64,000 bases of DNA from Phoronis australis (Eukaryota; Animalia; Phoronida), in NCBI GenBank assembly GCA_002633005.1, contig NMRA01000192.1:471140-535139 (forward strand), written 5' to 3'. The notes under the pieces were generated by a model. The model was given only the letters and a program-made list of their open reading frames with translations, had not been told where the DNA came from and did not search any database. Position 1 is the stretch's first letter. Every line of letters begins with the position of its first letter. Shown one piece after another: positions 58,749 through 64,000 of the stretch. The translations under genes and the position numbers were made by a program.

Positions 58749-60146
58749 NNNNNNNNNNNNNNNNNNNNNNNNNNNNNNNNNNNNNNNNNNNNNNNNNNNN
58801 NNNNNNNNNNNNNNNNNNNNNNNNNNNNNNNNNNNNNNNNNNNNNNNNNNNNNNNNNNNNNNNNNNNNNNNNNNNNNNNNNNNNNNNNNNNNNNNNNNNN
58901 NNNNNNNNNNNNNNNNNNNNNNNNNNNNNNNNNNNNNNNNNNNNNNNNNNNNNNNNNNNNNNNNNNNNNNNNNNNNNNNNNNNNNNNNNNNNNNNNNNNN
59001 NNNNNNNNNNNNNNNNNNNNNNNNNNNNNNNNNNNNNNNNNNNNNNNNNNNNNNNNNNNNNNNNNNNNNNNNNNNNNNNNNNNNNNNNNNNNNNNNNNNN
59101 NNNNNNNNNNNNNNNNNNNNNNNNNNNNNNNNNNNNNNNNNNNNNNNNNNNNNNNNNNNNNNNNNNNNNNNNNNNNNNNNNNNNNNNNNNNNNNNNNNNN
59201 NNNNNNNNNNNNNNNNNNNNNNNNNNNNNNNNNNNNNNNNNNNNNNNNNNNNNNNNNNNNNNNNNNNNNNNNNNNNNNNNNNNNNNNNNNNNNNNNNNNN
59301 NNNNNNNNNNNNNNNNNNNNNNNNNNNNNNNNNNNNNNNNNNNNNNNNNNNNNNNNNNNNNNNNNNNNNNNNNNNNNNNNNNNNNNNNNNNNNNNNNNNN
59401 NNNNNNNNNNNNNNNNNNNNNNNNNNNNNNNNNNNNNNNNNNNNNNNNNNNNNNNNNNNNNNNNNNNNNNNNNNNNNNNNNNNNNNNNNNNNNNNNNNNN
59501 NNNNNNNNNNNNNNNNNNNNNNNNNNTGTGCGAAGACCGTCTGCCATGACATCACGGAATTAGGTCCTTGAATTTGTGATTTTGGCATTCTTTTGGCATT
59601 TTTGTCGCCAAATTACCACTTGAAGGCAATTTGAAGAGATCGAATGAAAGAAAGTATTCTAAGAGTTGTTCGATGCTAGTTTCGTGGAGTTCCATGCACA
59701 TTAGAGTAGAAAATTCTAAGCAAACAGATTTCGAGTGTCCAACCTTTATGTTTTCTTATATATTATGAGTGACGTCATTTGCGATAAACCCAAGCGCCTG
59801 TGTCCTGAAGCAGCTTACATGTCTGTGTCAGCGACAGGCATTTTTTCTTAGTTCGGTCTGTCAAATATTATTGATCTTCTTTGGAAATAATCCAATCGCG
59901 GCAAAATCAGCTTGACGTTTCCGTTCACAATCTATGTTTGTAGGATAAAGACTACGGACTATCATTGTGTTTTCAAGTTGCCGCGCTCTGTTTACCTGGA
60001 ATTGTTAGCTTGATTGGAACTATTTATTGGTCCAAACGTGCATAGGTAACAGGGCAATTAATTTACTTAGAGACAATACACGAGCTATAAGAATTTCGGA
60101 TAAGTGATCCACTTACACTGCGAATCACAAGTTTTGCAATTTACCT

Positions 60147-62271
60147 TTAAGTTTGTATAGCTGCAAAAACAGCTTCGGCGTCGTTTCTCCTTTTTATTTC
60201 TTCTTCTTTCTCCATTATCCCTACCTTCTGTGCTAGCGCCACCACACGAGTCTTTACTTTAGCCATCATCAGGTCCATACACATAGCGATGAGGGCCATG
60301 CCTAACAAGACGTAGATAGCACACAGAGCCTGTTTGAACCAGCTGGCATCGTCTGTTAAGCCCGGCACAAGATCTCCTAGACCTATTGTCGTTAAGGTAA
60401 TGAATGAGAAATATAGAGCTTGGGGGAAAGTCCAGTTTTCCCAAAGAGAGAAAATCATCGCTCCGATAAAGAGATAGCTTATCATAATGAGAACGGTCAT
60501 CGAAACTGGCACAGACTTGTGGCGATACATGGTCTTCCAGTCGAGCTCCCGCAAGTCCATGAATGACAAATTTAATCCGTGGTCGAGATCGTCATCCGCG
60601 TCCACTTCCAAAACTGTCTCTTGGACTCTACCGTCGTTAGACATGTTTTTGTTTTTTCCATAATCCCAATGGGTTTTCTGTTTATCCGCTCCACGTGACG
60701 CACCATCGCTGCTATTGATGAAGATTTTGTTGTTGTTGTTCTTGTTGTTTTTAAATTTGTTGTTCTCTTTTTTCGATGCTCTTAAGCTAGACAAATCACT
60801 CAGCGTTTTCGTTTGATCACAGATCTGGGACGATTTTCGCGTTGTCATTTCCTTGCGCAGTTGTGACGCGTCTTCTCCTTCAGGCATGGTATTTGCTGCA
60901 TTGTCATTAGTTGGTGAACCACGGTTGGCGTCATCAATGACGACTTGGGCATTTCCTGTCTCGGAGTCAAAATATTTAATTTCGCTATCATCTTTATGGT
61001 CGAGTGTAACAACATCCTCGTCGTTGTTGTTGTTTTGCGAAGCGTTTAAATGCCGGTCCCCTTCACCACGTGCAGACAATTCAGCACCGGTCTTAGCAGG
61101 ACTCCTGTTTTGCCCGTCTGGTGAACTTGGGACCATCAGGGACGGACTTTCATCCGCTGGACTAGCGATTTCGCTCATATTTGACGAACGCGAAGACAGG
61201 TCTTCGTCTAGAATGTCGCTTTTTCTCTTCTTACATCTTTTTTCCCAGCACAGTTCACAGCAGAAGTGATGATACATGTAGCGCACTACGTCCGCCATGA
61301 AAGAGCCGATGTTTGCTAAGTAGAGGAGCAGAATTGGAACACCAAACACAGCGTACGCCAAGCAAAGGATCATTCCCAAATCAGTCTTTGGAGCTATGTG
61401 CCCGTACCCTGGAATAGATTGAGTAAGTCATGTTCCAACGCCTTTGGAATTGCTTCCACAACTTTATGTAGCTGTCCAACTCTAAAGAAAGCAAAAAACA
61501 TGCATTGTGTGGGCAAGTAAATTGCTGCACTTCCAAAAGAAAATACTTGTGATATTAACGTTGCCAGGGAATTATTTTCGTAATCTTTTGACCAACAATT
61601 ACACATAGACTAATCACAAATTTCAGAAACTAAACACGCTGCGTAACATCTCACTTAACCAGTGATTGTAAAAGTTTGACCCTTTTGACAAACGTCGTTT
61701 TTGGAAATCGTAAATTTGCACACAAAGTAATTTCACGGGACAACGCCACGTATTTAGAATGGTTACCGATAGTGGTTATGATCGTTATCGCAAATAGAAC
61801 AGCGTTCACCATCCCCCACTTCAGTTGTATCTCTTCCCCTGGATAACTGCCGTCCCATCCATCCGACGTGATATTTTGCGTTTTTGTCTGCAGCAGGGTT
61901 AGCATACGGGTCATGGCTAGCATCCACTGAGAAGTGTTTGTCTTCAGGTCAACCTCGAGACACTCATTGCCCATTTTGCCAATGACGTCAGTCCTTTCGT
62001 CGTCTGCTTTCTCTTGAAGCTTTTCTTGTTTCTTTTGTTCCTGGTACTTTTCTACTTCGGCAAACATGAGGCCTCCTAAGAAGCTGTACAACACTACGAG
62101 CAGACAAAGGCCACCCGTGGTGAACACAAAATGCAGGAAGCTCTTGCAGCCTTTCTTCAAGTTGTCTTTGCTGAACTTCCTCCGAATCCGACTTAGGCGT
62201 TCTGCGGCAGTTGTACTCGGGCTTGTTAAGTCTCTTTTCTTGCTTGATATCGATTTGACACTTTTATCCAT
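60147..62271 (-). CDS. Two-pore-domain potassium channel (K2P/KCNK), paralog C, ~588 aa
   Basis: Exons 61767-62271 (may extend to an acceptor at 62285) and 60147-61408. P1 is WGMVNAVLFAITIITTIG|YGHIAPKT and P2 is LYFSFITLTTIGLGDLVPG. The M2-M3 loop is long, acidic and Asn-rich. Confidence 0.92.
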
Positions 62272-64000
62272 CGCTTCACCTTGCACTGTTCATGCAACAA
62301 AATAAATTACTTTTCAGAACGGTTTGGTCAAAATCATTTTCGGTAAATGCTTGCGTTGACTTGATTAGGTATGATAGCAAGTTGATCTCAATCAAAACAC
62401 TTTTCTAAAATCTTGTTGTCACATAATGAGCACATTGTCTAATGTTTACACCTTGCCCTTTATCGTTTCAACCAACTAAAGTCAATAGGTTTTAGTCTGG
62501 TACATGTGATTGTGTTTGCTGCTTAGACACGCACATGCAGGTGCTTATAAGGACTTGTCTTTGTTATTTTACAAACCTTTCGTGTTCGTGCTTGTTCAAG
62601 GGCATGCTTACTTGCTTACACGCGATATTTCACATTCCTATGTATTTCTTCAGTTACCGTCGCATGCTGGTATTTTATATAGAGCTTAACCAGCCAGATA
62701 GCTGCATTTTGTGTGTGAGACCGAATGCAAAAACATAGTTGGTAAACCATGTGGGTAAAAATTGGAAATTTACATTACAAGAAAGCTCGCTTCTTCAGTT
62801 AGATATAAGTCAAAGAATCTTGTAAGCACTGAAATATATGAAGTCCAACAATGCGTACGTTTTTTTAACTCTGGCATTCAAATGAGCCCTACTGTACCTT
62901 GTCCCGTGCGATTATTAGGAAGAAAGGCAATTTGACGAACGTCATTTCTTACCTCATCCAACCGCATTTGCAGCAAAGATCAGAAAATTTTAATCGTCTG
63001 TCATCATGACAATACATGAATAATAAATGGAAGATCCATCCAATGTGGCCGACGAGTAGGCGAGCTCTTACGGATTAAAATTAACGGGCAGCTAAAAAGA
63101 CGTTACTGCTCTGTAATTGGTATTGATGCTTAACCTACGATTCATTTGGTGAAGACACAATCGTTAAAGGCAAATGAAAACATCTTATGCAGACAACGAA
63201 TGTGTCACAGCTTACTCACCGATAAACATGGTTTAGCGCCAACTTCGCTTCAATGGGCATGGTCAACATAATCTTGTATCAAGTGAAAAATAAGAACATT
63301 CGTGACACAGTTATTTGAAAGTGCTGATTGGTTGAAAGTTTTGTACAGCTCAGTTGGCAGAGGCTCGAATCGAAGAGTGGCAGGTGATGCAAAAGGCCTC
63401 TGGCATTTTTAAGTCTCTAGTGTGAATAATTTCAGTGCAATTAAAGGACTTATGTTACCAATGATTGATATAGAATAGCATGTAAAAATAAGGGTTGCAT
63501 CACATATACACATTGTGACGTACACCAGTTCCAATATTTACTTTCGTGACCCTCATCCGACAGTGGCGGCGTCTACGCTATCATTTTCATTTGATGTCAT
63601 ACTACGTTGGACATGCGCACTGGAGCGAAGTCCGCAGTAGCCAGCGTTAATAGGTGATTGAGCTGCTGAATATCAGGCATATTCTCCTACGTTAGATGGT
63701 CTCATTTGTCCGTATTATTTATGTCTTCACTAAGCAAACCTTAACTTGAGCATGTAATTGCATGTACCGATTAGAAGTTCATTCTGCAATGCCTCGTTCA
63801 GCAAGAGCTCACTTGCTCGTCTCGCTGGTTCCCTGCGTGCCACTTGGTGGTAACCAGCATGCAGTTATCACTCAATTTTCGTCGGGAAATTTTTTATATC
63901 GGCGTCTCTGATTGGCTGGTCGAATCCTCAACAGGCAGCGCTATATGCAAACTACATGACTGATGGAGGAAGTGTTAATATGATCTGTTGTACAGAAAAA

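Noticed and set aside
58341-59588. Long MYVC/HT-repeat ORFs
   Set aside because: Translations of a microsatellite and an N gap.

Overview
Eukaryotic (invertebrate metazoan-type) genomic DNA with spliceosomal GT-AG introns, so most short ORFs in the track are spurious. I assembled five protein-coding genes exon by exon, with consistent splice phases. HSF1 (- strand, 12 exons, ~450 aa) lies head-to-head, 435 bp apart, with mitochondrial arginyl-tRNA synthetase RARS2 (+ strand, 18 exons, ~589 aa). RARS2 is tail-to-tail with a tandem array of three two-pore-domain K+ channel (K2P/KCNK) paralogs on the - strand; one paralog has an atypical P1 filter (TLIGYG). The introns carry a defective Kolobok-type DNA transposon (TTAA TSD, 152-bp TIRs, THAP transposase plus a convergent KolX/P2X7-ballast-like ORF) and a derivative of it built from two inverted left ends. 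They also carry hAT-like MITEs with 5- and 6-bp TSDs, an LTR-like element with a perfect heat-shock element next to a TATA box, a perfect 61-bp-arm palindrome, SINE-like heads and satellites. Two near-identical duplications that each begin at a single N are probably uncollapsed haplotypes. All calls come from reading the sequence by eye; no database searches were run.
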